From Octopus sinensis (taxonomy: Eukaryota), in NCBI RefSeq assembly GCF_006345805.1, contig NC_043017.1, positions 12,090,001 through 12,154,000 of the forward strand: a stretch of DNA of 64,000 bases, in the 5' to 3' direction. Of the stretch, positions 12,533 through 24,965 are shown piece after piece. Position 1 is the stretch's first letter. Every line of letters starts with the position of its first letter. The position numbers and the translations under genes are program-made. The notes below the pieces were generated by a model. That model was not told the origin of the DNA. It did no database searches and was given only the letters and a program-made list of their open reading frames with translations.

Positions 12533-13031
12533 CCATAAATCCTTGAGTATAATCTACATTTTTTTCCCAAAATCCCTAGTGCATACTATATTTGAGGTTA
12601 AAAAGGAAAATTATTTTCTAAGTAATGTCCGAGTCTCGATTTGCTGTCCGGCAATGCTTATTCAGATGCATCTTGTGATGTCGAGCATGAAAATACCTTA
12701 AGCTAAGCCTGAAAGCAATGAAGTCATAAAAGAATCATCCATAACTTGCAGTAAACAACATTTATTAAACGTTATTACTGTTATTTCTTTATATTCTGCA
12801 AACAAAATGCACAAAAAAAGCTACACGTTTGCATTATGTTAGATATACAATAATAATAAAGGACGTTACCAAATGCATTTTTACAAACCAAGGATGTTAT
12901 ATAGACCTCCTTGACTCAAGTTAAGGAAGGGGTGCGTATTATACACAAGGATTAGGTTTTTCAGAGGTACAGCCCCTTAAAAATCCCCTGTGTATTATAC
13001 TCAAGGGTGGACTTTACTCAAGGATTTATGG
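12533..13031. mobile_element. Tc1/pogo-type MITE
   Basis: TIR CCATAAATCCTTGAGTA / TACTCAAGGATTTATGG with TA TSD. Confidence 0.85.
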
Positions 13032-13884
13032 TATATATATATATATATACAAAATAAGAAAATGGAGAAATACATCTAAATCATTTATCAACTACCAGAT
13101 AATACCCAATCACATACTTTATTAAACCACTACATAAAAATATATAACAAAACAGCGTACATGAATGAGTAATACAATACAATATATATATATACACACA
13201 CTTACACAATCATATATAATATGTATGTATGCTGTAATATATGGTTAAAATTTTTTTAAGCAAAACAAAATATATCTTTTATTTATCTCTCATTATTTTT
13301 CTTTTCTTTCTTCTTTTACAAAAACAACCATCAAACCCTTCTTCTTCCATTCATCGTCTTGTTTCTCTCCACCAATTATCATCATTCTTTACCAACAATC
13401 TGAAGACTCTGTGAGAAGCAGGCAATCATGAGCAGCATCCCGGTTCCTGTTGTGAAATCGTCTGCTTCGACGTCGCCATGGATACAGCAGTATGTCGGCC
13501 GGCACAGCACGGTGGGTTACGGCTGTCTCAAAGACTGGGCCTCGTCGGTTGCTAGTGTTAGTGATAGTTACCCCTGCCACCAGAAAATACAACAGGGTTT
13601 AATTCCAGGGGACACATATTCTCAAGCAGCAAAAGTAGGGTATTAAAAGGTGAGTTTTTATTGATGTTGTTATGATTGTTTTCTGTGTGTATTCAAGTTT
13701 TAGAATTGGTACGCCAAATCCCTGCCTGAATGTCATAAAACAGTTTACAACAGCAAAGGTATGCAGAATTTAAACACAAAGGTGTAGAGGTTAAATCTAG
13801 GGACAGCAAGATATAATTCTAGAACTTCATTTCTAATCTTCCAAATTACTAGTATATTATGTTAGAAACTGTTCTTTCTTCTCT

Positions 13885-14040
13885 TTACTCTTTTACTTGT
13901 TTCAGTCATTTGACTGCGGCCATGCTGGAGCACCGCCTTTAGTCGAGCAAATCGACCCCGGGACTTATTCTTTGTAAGCCCAGTACTTATTCTATTGGTC
14001 TCTTTTGCCGAACCACTAAGGGACTGGGACGTAAACACAC
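13885..14040 (-). mobile_element. SINE family A 3' fragment
   Basis: Reverse complement of the family A tail; abruptly truncated at 14040. Confidence 0.85.
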
Positions 14041-14633
14041 CTAGTCAGTTAAGGTGAGACAGTGTCACGTGACAACTTGCTGGGGCTGCCTGCTGGAGCC
14101 TATGCAGCAGGTATTTAAAGGGAAAAATTTGACAAGACAGTCAGTCACTGGCTGACACTCGCTGACGATACATCGAAGAGGCCAGGGAACAGAAGAAAGA
14201 AGAAGAAAGAAGACATGCACCCAACACCAGAGCTGAAGACACCTCCGAAAGGGGGGGCCCCGCCACGTCAAAACAGTAGAGGTGTAGGGGCCGAAACCGG
14301 ACGTGGTTCCTCCTGATGATGTCTTGAGCTAACTGGATCCTATAAAGGAGCTGTTGTGGTAGCAGACCACGAAACACGGTTGTAATTCCTCCTGCAAAAC
14401 ATCTCAATTTGAACCTCTCATTGGAGATTATTGGAGATGTAGCTTGGGCATTAAACCTGCCTTCAATGCTATGGAAAGACAATTTTCTCATTCTTTCTCT
14501 CTCTCCCACACAAACACGCATTCAAACTGACTAGCATTCTATTTCGCTTTCTTACTAAATTGTAGACAGCAACTAAAATATAGACATATGCAGAGAGCAG
14601 ACATAACAGTTTCTCTCTCTCTCTCTTTCTCTC

Positions 14634-14681
<48 letters not shown>

Positions 14682-15584
14682 CTGTTTGTCTTTGTTAAGT
14701 CATCCAGACTGAACCTTTCTGAGGCTGTATTTATCAGCTTTCTGATTGAGTGAAAGTTAATGACAATAGATATTATGTGGATTAGAGTATATTGTATTAT
14801 GTCATTTGATATTCATCCTTCAACAGCCAGGAAAAGAATCTTTTCATTCTTTTAACCACTGTGGCTGTGTTGTTGTTAAGAAGCTTGCTTCCCAACCATG
14901 TGATCTCGGGTCACACTGTGCAGCACCTTGGACAAGTATCTTCTACTACTGCCCTGGGTTGATCAAGTCTCATGAGAGAACTTGGTAGAGAGAAACTGAA
15001 AGAAGACTATTATATGTATAAACACACACACACACACATTTTGTTGACAACATTTTTCTGTCCAAAGGAGTTTTTCACCCAATAGTTACATATTATTTAA
15101 AGCAATAGCTGCTTTGAGTTTCACCAATCCAAAAGAGAATTAGATAAATGTGTATGCATTGTGTGCGTATGTTTATGCAAAAACTGATGTTGTTGAAGAA
15201 TCAAGCATTGTTATGCCAAAAACACAGTTTATGCCAAAAAACACAGTTTAACTTATTTTGTTTTTGGATTTGGTTTGCAAGATTCTTTATATGAGTTCGT
15301 GTGTTGAAGCATATTCTGTTGTGTCTGGGTAGAGTCATTCTCTTTTTGTGCCTTATAATGTAACACACTCACCAGTAAAATTTCCACATTTTTCTTATTT
15401 TTATTTTCTTAAAATTTTCGTTGCATCTTGCAACCTTTTCAATAGTTTTGAAAAGTAAAAGTGGAAATTTTACTGGTGAGCGTGTTACATTATAAGGCAC
15501 AAAAAGACAATGACTCTCCCCAGACACAACAGAATACAGTTTAACTATTAAGCAAATAATGATAGGATCATTAACAGGCACAGC

Positions 15585-15972
15585 AGTGGCTGTGTGGTAA
15601 GTAGTTTGCTAATCAACCACATGGTTCCGGGTTCAGTCCCACTGCGTGGCATCTTGGGCAAGTGTCTTCTGCTATAGCCCCGGGGCGACCAATGCCTTGT
15701 GAGTGGATTTGGTAGACGGAAACTGAAAGAAGCCTGTCGTATATATGTATATATATATGTGTGTGTGTGTTTGTGTGTCTGTGTTTGTCCCCCTTGACAA
15801 CCGATGCTGGTGTGTTTACGTCCCCGTCACTTAGCGGTTTGGCAAAAGTGACCGATAGAATAAGTACTGGGCTTACAAAGAATAAGTCCCGGGGTCGATT
15901 TGCTCGACTAAAGGCGGTGCTCCAGCATGGCCACAGTCAAATGACTGAAACAAGTAAAAGAGTAAAAGAGTA
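15585..15972 (+). mobile_element. SINE family A
   Basis: Full head-to-tail match to other copies. Confidence 0.9.
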
Positions 15973-17289
15973 TAAGTGCCAGAGATAAAAACAAGTAGTA
16001 AGGGAGTTGATGTAACTGGCCAAAACCATGAGCAGAGATGAATTCAAAACCTAATGTCTCCATCTTCTTTCTTTCCTCCCCTTTTCTTACCATCAAAAAA
16101 TAAAGGAGATAAGATGAGGTCATCAATGTACAATAATAATTTGTATCAGTCATCACCACAATGATCCAGTATGGCCACAATCCCATGACAAAAATTGACA
16201 AGAAAAAAAAACACACAGAATAAAAGAATTTGGTATACTTAAGTGCATATTACATTGGCTGATTGTTTGTCTGTCTGTATGTCACCTGATTGCTTTCCAT
16301 TATTGTCAGTTTATTAATTGCTTTTTTTTTTTTTTTCCAATTCTTTTCCAGAAAATTCCAATGAATCAGACACCAGATGACAGAGAAGACTGAATGAAAT
16401 AGATTTTTAAAAATTAACTTCTTTTTTTATCTTGCCTACTGTCTATCCATCTATCTAACTACACCTATCTATTAACTTCTCTCTCCCCCGCTCTTTACCT
16501 GTCTATCTAACCACACCTATCTATCTAACTACACCCATCTATTCACTTCGCTCTCTCTCACCCTCTATCTCTCTATGTATGTATGTATCTATCTTTCTAT
16601 GTATGTATGTGTGCGTGTGTATGTATGTATCTGTCTATCTACCTGTCAGTCCATTTATCTATTTGTCTCTCTGCCTGTCTGTCTGTCCATTTACCTTTCC
16701 CATCATCACTGTTTACCCTTCTCTGATTCTTTAAATATTCCCCACCTCACTCATTTTCATTCCAGCCTCCTTCTCCCACTCTCACACGGTCCTTCCTCCA
16801 TTCTCAGCACTATTAAGACTGTTGCCTGCAATCCCTACCTAACCTGCTGTTATAAGCAATAGGCTCAGCGACTCATACATTGACCAGTCCCCTGGGACTG
16901 GCTGTACTCCACATCAATTGGCCAGACTAACATTGTAGTCATCCTTCTGACAAAAATGACCAAATTGATTAACTCAAGAATAATATTTGTCCAAAGGATT
17001 CTCGTTGATAACACTTTGGTTTTGACACCAGAGATATCCCTTCTGTCGGCTCTTTGCGTAGATCTACGTGCAAGCAGTATACGTGTGTTTCTGCTCTCAC
17101 ACATGCACACACACACACGTTTATGTATACTAGTATATAGGTATGTATATACATACGTACATACAAACATAAATCCATACATACACACACACATGTATGC
17201 ATGTGTAAGTATAAATTGGTATATACATATGTATATGTTCATGTGTGTAGTATAGCAATATATAAGTTTGTGCACACACATATTTTTAT

Positions 17290-17383
17290 ATACTCAGGTA
17301 CATGTGTGTGTATGCGCGTACACGCGAAATTCTATGTATATATACATAAATATATATATATATACATACATATATATATACAT

Positions 17384-17428
<45 letters not shown>

Positions 17429-17742
17429 CACACACACATATATATATATACACATATATATATACATATACACACACACATATATATATACACATATATA
17501 TATATACATACACACACGCACATATATATATATATATACATATTTATTATATGTATTTACTGTGGTTAACCCCGAATCAACCCGGGACCTACATATATAT
17601 ATACATATATATATACATATATATATACATATATATATACATACATATATATATACATATATATACATATATATATATATACATACATATATATATATAC
17701 ATATATACACATATATATACATATACACACATATATATATAC

Positions 17743-17775
<33 letters not shown>

Positions 17776-17890
17776 CATACACACACATATTTATATATAT
17801 ATATATTGATAGATAGCATGAATATGTATACGTGTGTGTGCATGTTAGGAGCTGGGAGGTATGTGCATATACATACATACATATATTAAT
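17290..17890. repeat. (TA)n/(CA)n compound microsatellite
   Basis: Direct reading. Confidence 0.95.
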
Positions 17891-18223
17891 AAATATGTGT
17901 ATATGTAACATATACCAGAACGAATAAGATAGTCTGATGAATATATAGAGAGGAGAGAGAGAGAGGGAGGATGTCATTGTAAAATATACTTCCAACTTTC
18001 TATTTCTTCTGAAATACTCCCTCCTCCACCCGTCCCCCACATCATTGTCACTTATCTACTGCCCCCCAATATCATCATATTCAACTGGATCAGAAAAGTG
18101 AATGTTCAGGTGAGTTCACAGGCACCCCCCCCTCTCTCTCTCCCTCTCTCTGTCTCACCTTCTTTCTCTCTCTCTCTCTCTCTTTCTGTCAGGCAATTCT
18201 CACTTATGTTTGTGTGCATGTAA

Positions 18224-18267
<44 letters not shown>

Positions 18268-18279
18268 GTATGAGTGCAG

Positions 18280-18720
18280 GAATGGCTGAGGGTTAAGAAG
18301 TTTATTTCCCATCGATATGTTTCTGGGTTCAATCCCACTAGATGGCATTTTGGGCAAATGTCTTCTGCTATAGCCTTGGATCAACCAAGGCCTCGTGGGA
18401 AGATTTAAAAACTGAAAGAAGCTCATCATGTATAAATATGGGGTGGGGTTGTTTGTGTGTCTTTGTGTCTGTCCTTGTTCCCTACCACCACCACTTGACA
18501 ACTGGTCTTGGTTTGTTTGCATCCATGTAACTTTGCAGTTTGGCATAAGAGATCAATAGGATAACTACCTGGCCTGAATCCCCAAAAAAAGTACTGGGTT
18601 CAATCCACATGACTAGAAATTTCTCAAGGTAGTGCCCTGACATGACCACAGTCTAATGTTTCTGCCATTAGAAACATTACATTGTTTCTAATGGCAGAAA
18701 CAATGCAAAAGAAGAGATAA
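18280..18720 (+). mobile_element. Diverged SINE family A
   Basis: Recognisable head and tail; tail rearranged into a palindrome at 18657-18702. Confidence 0.7.
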
Positions 18721-18721
18721 A

Positions 18722-18773
<52 letters not shown>

Positions 18774-18808
18774 GAAGCAAATAAGTAACAAGGATGTCCA
18801 GGTATTAG

Positions 18809-18892
18809 TGCTTTACAGCCGTTTCAGGTGACTCCATTTAATCGATCAATGCAAGCATTACATCAATTTGAAATACACCACCTTTCTCAGCC
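18809..18892 (-). ncRNA. Decayed hammerhead-like motif with long helix II (family H3)
   Basis: CUGAGAA-AGGUG...CACCU-GAAAC GGCU GU A; 5' strand of helix I replaced by (TA)n; homologous to 23306-23390. Confidence 0.6.
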
Positions 18893-19024
18893 TATATATA
18901 TATATATATATAGTAGTAACAGAAAAGAGGAATTTCAGTTGTCCCCACGTAGTGGAATGTAATGTATATAAGAAATTAAAAAAGGAAAATACGCACACTT
19001 ACATGGTTATAATATAATTTTTAA

Positions 19025-19061
19025 TATATCGACCGGTTTCGCAATCGCTATTCATGATATA
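19025..19061 (-). ncRNA. Minimal type I hammerhead motif with A3:U8 swap (family H2)
   Basis: UAUAUC-AUGAAUA-GC GAUU GC-GAA-ACCGGU-C-GAUAUA: 6-bp helix I, palindromic helix III, GUC triplet. Confidence 0.72.
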
Positions 19062-19142
19062 ATGTTTATTTATATGAAAATATATTTTTCTTAAGAAGAA
19101 ATTCTTCTTAAGAAAAAATATATTTTCATATAAATTAAACAT

Positions 19143-19178
19143 TATATCATGAATAGCGATTGCGAACCGGTCGATATA
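19143..19178 (+). ncRNA. Mirror copy of the H2 motif lacking one A of GAAA
   Basis: TATATCATGAATAGCGATTGCGAACCGGTCGATATA. Confidence 0.55.
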
Positions 19179-19509
19179 TTAAAAATTATATTATAACCAT
19201 GTAAGTGTGCGTATTTTCCTTTTTTAATTTTTTTATATATATATATATTATATATATAATATATATATATTATATACATTCTGTTATATGGATTTAAAAG
19301 AATCAAGGCATATTGACCCGTAGGATGCCAGAAATGGCTAAGAATTCTAACACTGAGCTCCCATTGAAATAAACAACATTGAAAACATTAAGTGTTGGTA
19401 TGTTGGTAGAAAACTATAGATATGCAATCTACTTTAAACTATAGATCCAACACAGGGCATGAAAAGTAAACACAAACACCATTCGTGTTTATATATATAT
19501 TATATATAT

Positions 19510-19543
<34 letters not shown>

Positions 19544-20892
19544 ATAAACCTTTACATAAATAAATAACGTGAAATACACGAAGGGAACAAAAAAAAAAAA
19601 CGGGTCATTCAAAGCCTTCATTCTTCAGTCAGAAACCAATTCCTCATCACAGATTTCGGCTGTTTAATTCTGAGATCCGCTCTGAATCAGCCAGCCACCG
19701 AAGGAAAGAATGAAACGCAACAGAGACGAACATGAAACAAAAAATCTTTTTTGGGGACAGTAACGGTTAAAAACATGGATGACACAGGCGCCCTATGGCT
19801 TTGAGACAAACAGAGAGACACAAAAACAATATATATATATATATATAGTCAGCAAGAAGTTCCCAGAAAAACCTTGATATTTAGCTTCCAACAGGTAGAT
19901 TCAGTGTAGGAAGTTGACTATAAGTATGATGTATGGTAAGTACTTACGAAGTAGACGAACCAGATAAACAAGTGCACAAAAGGTGTTTATTTACATGGAA
20001 AGTTGTGAATACAAATAAATAAGAAGACGGATGTAAAAGTCTTATTTTACATCTGTTTCGGATGAACAATGAGACCGATGCCATTATCATGTGTATTGTG
20101 TTATAAAGATACACAATATTGCAGGTGTATGAAATAATACAAATCTTAGAGGACCAGCAATTGGTATATGCATGAGTGTGTGTGTGTGTGTGTGTGTGTG
20201 TATAATGTGGATGAATCTGTGTCTATGGATGTTACACAATAACAATTCCTTCTTGGATTTGCTTTTACAAACTTATTTCTATTTAATTTCTTGATTCTTC
20301 TTCTTCTCCATCTTTCCCTCCTCCTCCTCCTCCTACACTTCCCCACCTTGTTTTTTCTTCTCTATCTTTTCCTTGTTCTCCACCTACTCCTCCTTCTTGT
20401 CCTCCACCCAATCCTCAATCTTCTTCTTCTTCTTCTCCCTCACTTCCTTTCTTTCTCCTCCTTCTTCTACAATCATCCCAGACTTAAACAGTTTCCTCAA
20501 TGTCGACGCAAACCATAAAGAACCGACAGGAAAACAAAATAAACAAACTAATACAGAAGGAAATCAAACTTTAAAAACCTATCAAACCCCTGACTATTGA
20601 AAAGAAATTTCAAATGAAACCCACCTCTGCCGCCCCACCACCTCCCCTCATCAGCAACAACATTGGAAAATATTTAGGTAACATCACCAAAAAAAGAATA
20701 AATATTAAAATGACATTGGAATTGCTTTAGAATCAATTTATTGTTGACAGTAACCAAAGAATTGAAGAATTTCATGAAAAAAGAAAAAAAAAAAAGGAAA
20801 ACATTATGCTGCAAAAGAAAAGATGTTGATATGAAATTTATTATTTCTTTATATTAAAAATATGAAGTAATTATATCAATAGGTGTGTAGAA

Positions 20893-20893
20893 G

Positions 20894-20978
<85 letters not shown>

Positions 20979-21031
20979 GAATGTATGCGTGTATATGCAT
21001 CTATTTACATATATAATGTCTATATATATAT

Positions 21032-21070
<39 letters not shown>

Positions 21071-21285
21071 GTATATTTATTGTTTATATATATATATGTG
21101 TATATATATATATGTATATATATATGTATGTGCATATGTATTACATATGTATGTGTATATGTATATATATGTATGTATATATATATTTATGTATGCATAT
21201 ATATGTAATGCAATATATATACATATATATATATGTGTGTATGCATATATATATATATATGTATATATATGTATGCATATATATA

Positions 21286-21327
<42 letters not shown>

Positions 21328-21751
21328 TATATATATATACATATATACATACACACACACATACTATATACATATATATTTACTCACAATGAACTGGCTG
21401 AAGGAACATTATTCTAACACAGTCTATCATTCTGTCATATTTTCTGTGTCGGTTTGAATAGCTAATGGCTGCACACGTTTTTTCTCTTTTTTTTTAGTTC
21501 TTCTCTGGACATGTGTTTAGGCAGTATTTCAACCAAAAATTTAAAACGTTATAAAAGTTGTACAAGATGTATGTGTATTATATGATATATAAATATATAT
21601 ATATATATGTATAAATTTGTGTGTGTGTGTGCATATATCTACATATACATACAGACGTAGATACATACACACACACATATATGCTAGTGTATAAACATTT
21701 ATGAACATACGCATATATATGTATATGAGTATGTGTGTATATGCACATATA

Positions 21752-21794
<43 letters not shown>

Positions 21795-21970
21795 TTGTAT
21801 GAATATATATATGCATACACATATATACATAATTACATACTTACATGCATACAAACATATGTGTGTATGTATGTATATATATATACATATATATATGGGT
21901 GTCTGTGTAAATATGCATATATATATATGTATGCATATTTATGTATGGTGTATGTTTATATATGTATGTA
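20893..21970. repeat. Two (TA)n/(TG)n compound microsatellite blocks
   Basis: Direct reading (20893-21380 and 21560-21970). Confidence 0.9.
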
Positions 21971-22467
21971 CCCATAGAAAGACATGTAATTTAATGTAAT
22001 GTAAGCAGAAAAGTAAGAAAATTTATTTACTTTTCTTCGAGAATCAATGAAGTATGAAAGGGGTGGGCGGGGCAGTAAAACATTGAGAAGGGAAGTTTTT
22101 TGTTTTGTTTTATTTTTGTTTATTTTCTTCTCATTTTTTGTTAATAAGTATAATAAATTTTGTTTCCCCAAACACGTTTCTTCTTGAAATATTTGAAACT
22201 TTATGAATACCCCCACCCCACCACCACACACACAAAGCACATACATAACACACATACATATCTATGCAGCTGGGTTTCTTGTTTGGACCAACACACAACT
22301 GCCCCATACAAATGTCCTGATTTTCCATAGCAGCCCCTAACATCCGTGACCTGGTATTCTGTGTCTTCTTCAATTTGACTGACACCAGTATATGTCCGTG
22401 AGTGGATTTCCAGAGAAAGTGGTCGCTCAATGTTTCACCTTTGCTTCTCCAGAATTGTCTTGCTTAA

Positions 22468-22688
22468 CCCTTTCATTACTGTATTTATTTTGAGATGCTC
22501 TGTGTTTCTTCCAATTATTTTAAATATAACAAAGAATTTAGTAAAATAACTTAGTTATCATTGAGCTAGTGTTAGGAACATAAATTGTGACTAAGATTTG
22601 GTGGAAGATTTGAATTCAAAACTTATGAAAACAAGACATTTATACTAAAGAGCCGGAGCCGGTTTCAGCCAGGTTGGTAACAAAAGGG
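22468..22688. mobile_element. piggyBac-type MITE
   Basis: TTAA-CCCTTT...AAAGGG-TAAA termini (degenerate right TTAA). Confidence 0.6.
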
Positions 22689-22848
22689 TAAATGTGTTTT
22701 TCTTTCTCTTATTATCAAAGTGTTGGTAAGAAGACTCCCAGACAATTGCAGCTTTGTAGCATTGTGCTGCCAAGAAAGACAGAGAACTACATGATACATT
22801 CTTTATATGCACTGTCAAGCTTCTTTCCAACTCTGCATATGTTTATAT

Positions 22849-22893
<45 letters not shown>

Positions 22894-22969
22894 TATATAT
22901 ATATATATATATACATCAAACATCGAAATAAATATCAAATGGAATAGTAGTTGTGATATCTGTACTGTG

Positions 22970-23238
22970 GCACATAAAAAGCACCATCCGAACATGGCCA
23001 ATGCCAGCGTCGCCTTGACTGGCTTCTGTGCCGGTGGCACGTAAAAAGCACCAACCTCCCCTGTGCCACGTAAAACACACCCTACACACTCACGGAGTGG
23101 TTGGCGTTAGGAAAGGCATCAGCTGTAGAAACACTGCTAGATCAGACTGCAGCCTAGTGCAGCCTCCTCGCTTCAAGACCCCGGTCGAAACTATCCAACT
23201 TGTGCTAGTACAGAAAACGGACATTAAACGAAGATGAT
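22970..23238 (+). mobile_element. SINE family E ((ATG)n tail, RTE-like)
   Basis: GGCACGTAAAAAGCACC...GTGGTTGGCGTTAGGAA...GACATTAAACGAAGATGAT. Confidence 0.8.
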
Positions 23239-23305
23239 ATATATATATATATATTATATATATATATTATATATAGGTAAATAACAAAGGTGTACAGGTG
23301 TCAAT

Positions 23306-23390
23306 TCATTACAGCCATTTCGAGCAGCTCCATTTAATCGATTAATGAGAACATTACATCAATTTGAAAGAAACTGCTCTCTTCAGATGA
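23306..23390 (-). ncRNA. Type I hammerhead motif, canonical CUGAAGA core, ~60-nt helix II (family H3)
   Basis: UCAU-CUGAAGA-GAGCAGUUUC...GGAGCUGCUC-GAA-AUGGCUGU-A-AUGA; helix II covaries with the 18809 copy. Confidence 0.75.
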
Positions 23391-24704
23391 CTGCATGGGT
23401 ATCAAACATAAAGGATAAACCATTTTTTAAAAACAAATTTATCTTAGTAATGGAAACCAAAATATTTACATTGATTGCTTTTGTTATATCTGTGGCAAAA
23501 TGAGTTTAGAAAATAAATGCCTACCTTCTTAAGCCTACAATAATTTAGAGAGTAGCAGAGGAAATAGTAGGGATCAAGATAAAATAAGTGATGATGTAGT
23601 CTTCAACCATTTGGAATTAAATCCCTAAGGAGTTGTCAACTGTATTCTGGTTGATGGTGATAAATCAATTAAAGTCAGACAATCTACAAGACTCTCAATG
23701 TTGCAGCGTTGCTGGTAAGAGAATGATTGATGGGGAAGAAGGATAGGGGTGGTCAATACTTATTTATATTATCAAATAAAAAGGAATATAATGAAAAACC
23801 AAAAGAGGTAAGTAATATAAGTTTTAGGGGTGGGAATTAGAATTGAAGGATGTGGGAGGTAGTAATTTATAACTTTGCAAATTTATTATATTAAATTGAA
23901 AAAATTTAAACCAATATATAGAATAAGGATAGAAATTAAATTTAAATGGGATACTTTAATATATAAGAAAAACCATGAAGACTTTTCTTAAGCAAATTGT
24001 TCAAAAGGTCATGAAAAATCATTCTATAATGAATGTATAACTGAATTGAATTATCATATGAGTAGAAGTACATAGCATATATTTAAGCAATAACAAGGAC
24101 TATTTCCTTCATTACAGGAGGATATGTATAAGATATTGTAAAATATGATATCGAATATAAGGGGTAATTGAATTAGAGGTATACTAAATGCATAAGGGAG
24201 TACATTCGGAAGCAATAGCTAAACCAATTAGGGCATGTAAACATGTAATGAATATTGCATGATTAGAAAATATGCTAAAATAAGGATTCCCATATCCAGT
24301 AAATTATATAGAAAGACCTTATAAAAAATTATTTATAAATTACAAACACTAAGAAAGTATATGAAAGGGTGTGTAAATGTATAAAAATATCAAATACAGA
24401 AATAAAAAATTTATAAAACATAATGTGTAATTATAAATATAAAATAAAATATTGTATTATACAGTGAGTTTTATGAAAAGAGATTATAAACTCTTCGTAA
24501 GTTATATAAGTCACTCAAATGTATAAGAGGGTGTATAGAGACATAAAAACTTAATAATGTGAAGTATAAAAAATATTAAAATTTGTATAAAAATTTCTAA
24601 AATATTTCTTTACAGAATGATATAAAAAGTATAATAGAGATCTAAGTAAATATAAATCAAAATGAAATAAAATCAAATAAAGATTATTTTATGGAATTAA
24701 GGGA

Positions 24705-24965
24705 GCAGTATCGCCGGCGTTGCTCGGGTTTGTCAGGGGGGAAATAACATATAAGCATTTTTAGAGAGTTATAGCCAAAAAATAAGCAAAAGAAGCATTA
24801 AAAATGTGAAAAAAAAATGATGGTAGCTTTTTTTTTTAAATCGTTGATCATCGTAGACATCTCTAGATATTGGCTATTGTAAGAAAGTATTAAAGAATTC
24901 TTAGATATGATATTAAAATATATGTATGAAATATTAATTGAAAACAAATAAAATAAAAAAACATA
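24705..24965 (-). mobile_element. Non-autonomous Helitron 3' fragment
   Basis: GCAGTATCGCCGGCGTTGCTCGGGTTTG matches the 3' hairpin region of the 60175 and 61176 Helitrons. Confidence 0.65.

Larger units (their letters stand above)
18965..19239. repeat. Near-perfect ~275-bp palindrome
   Basis: Arms are reverse complements almost base for base, centre near 19101. Confidence 0.95.

Noticed and set aside
13389-13592. Minus-strand ORF containing PADILLYPW as a retroelement endonuclease motif
   Set aside because: The surrounding residues do not fit; similarity is too short.
19610-19725. Three-helix fold GGCUG..CAGCC-GAAAUCUGUGAU on the minus strand
   Set aside because: The topology is suggestive, but the core reads CCUUCGGU and no H17 is present; at best a dead relic.
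20030-20100. CCGAAACAGAUGUA on the minus strand with nearby hairpins
   Set aside because: No NUGANNA core or helix I could be found.
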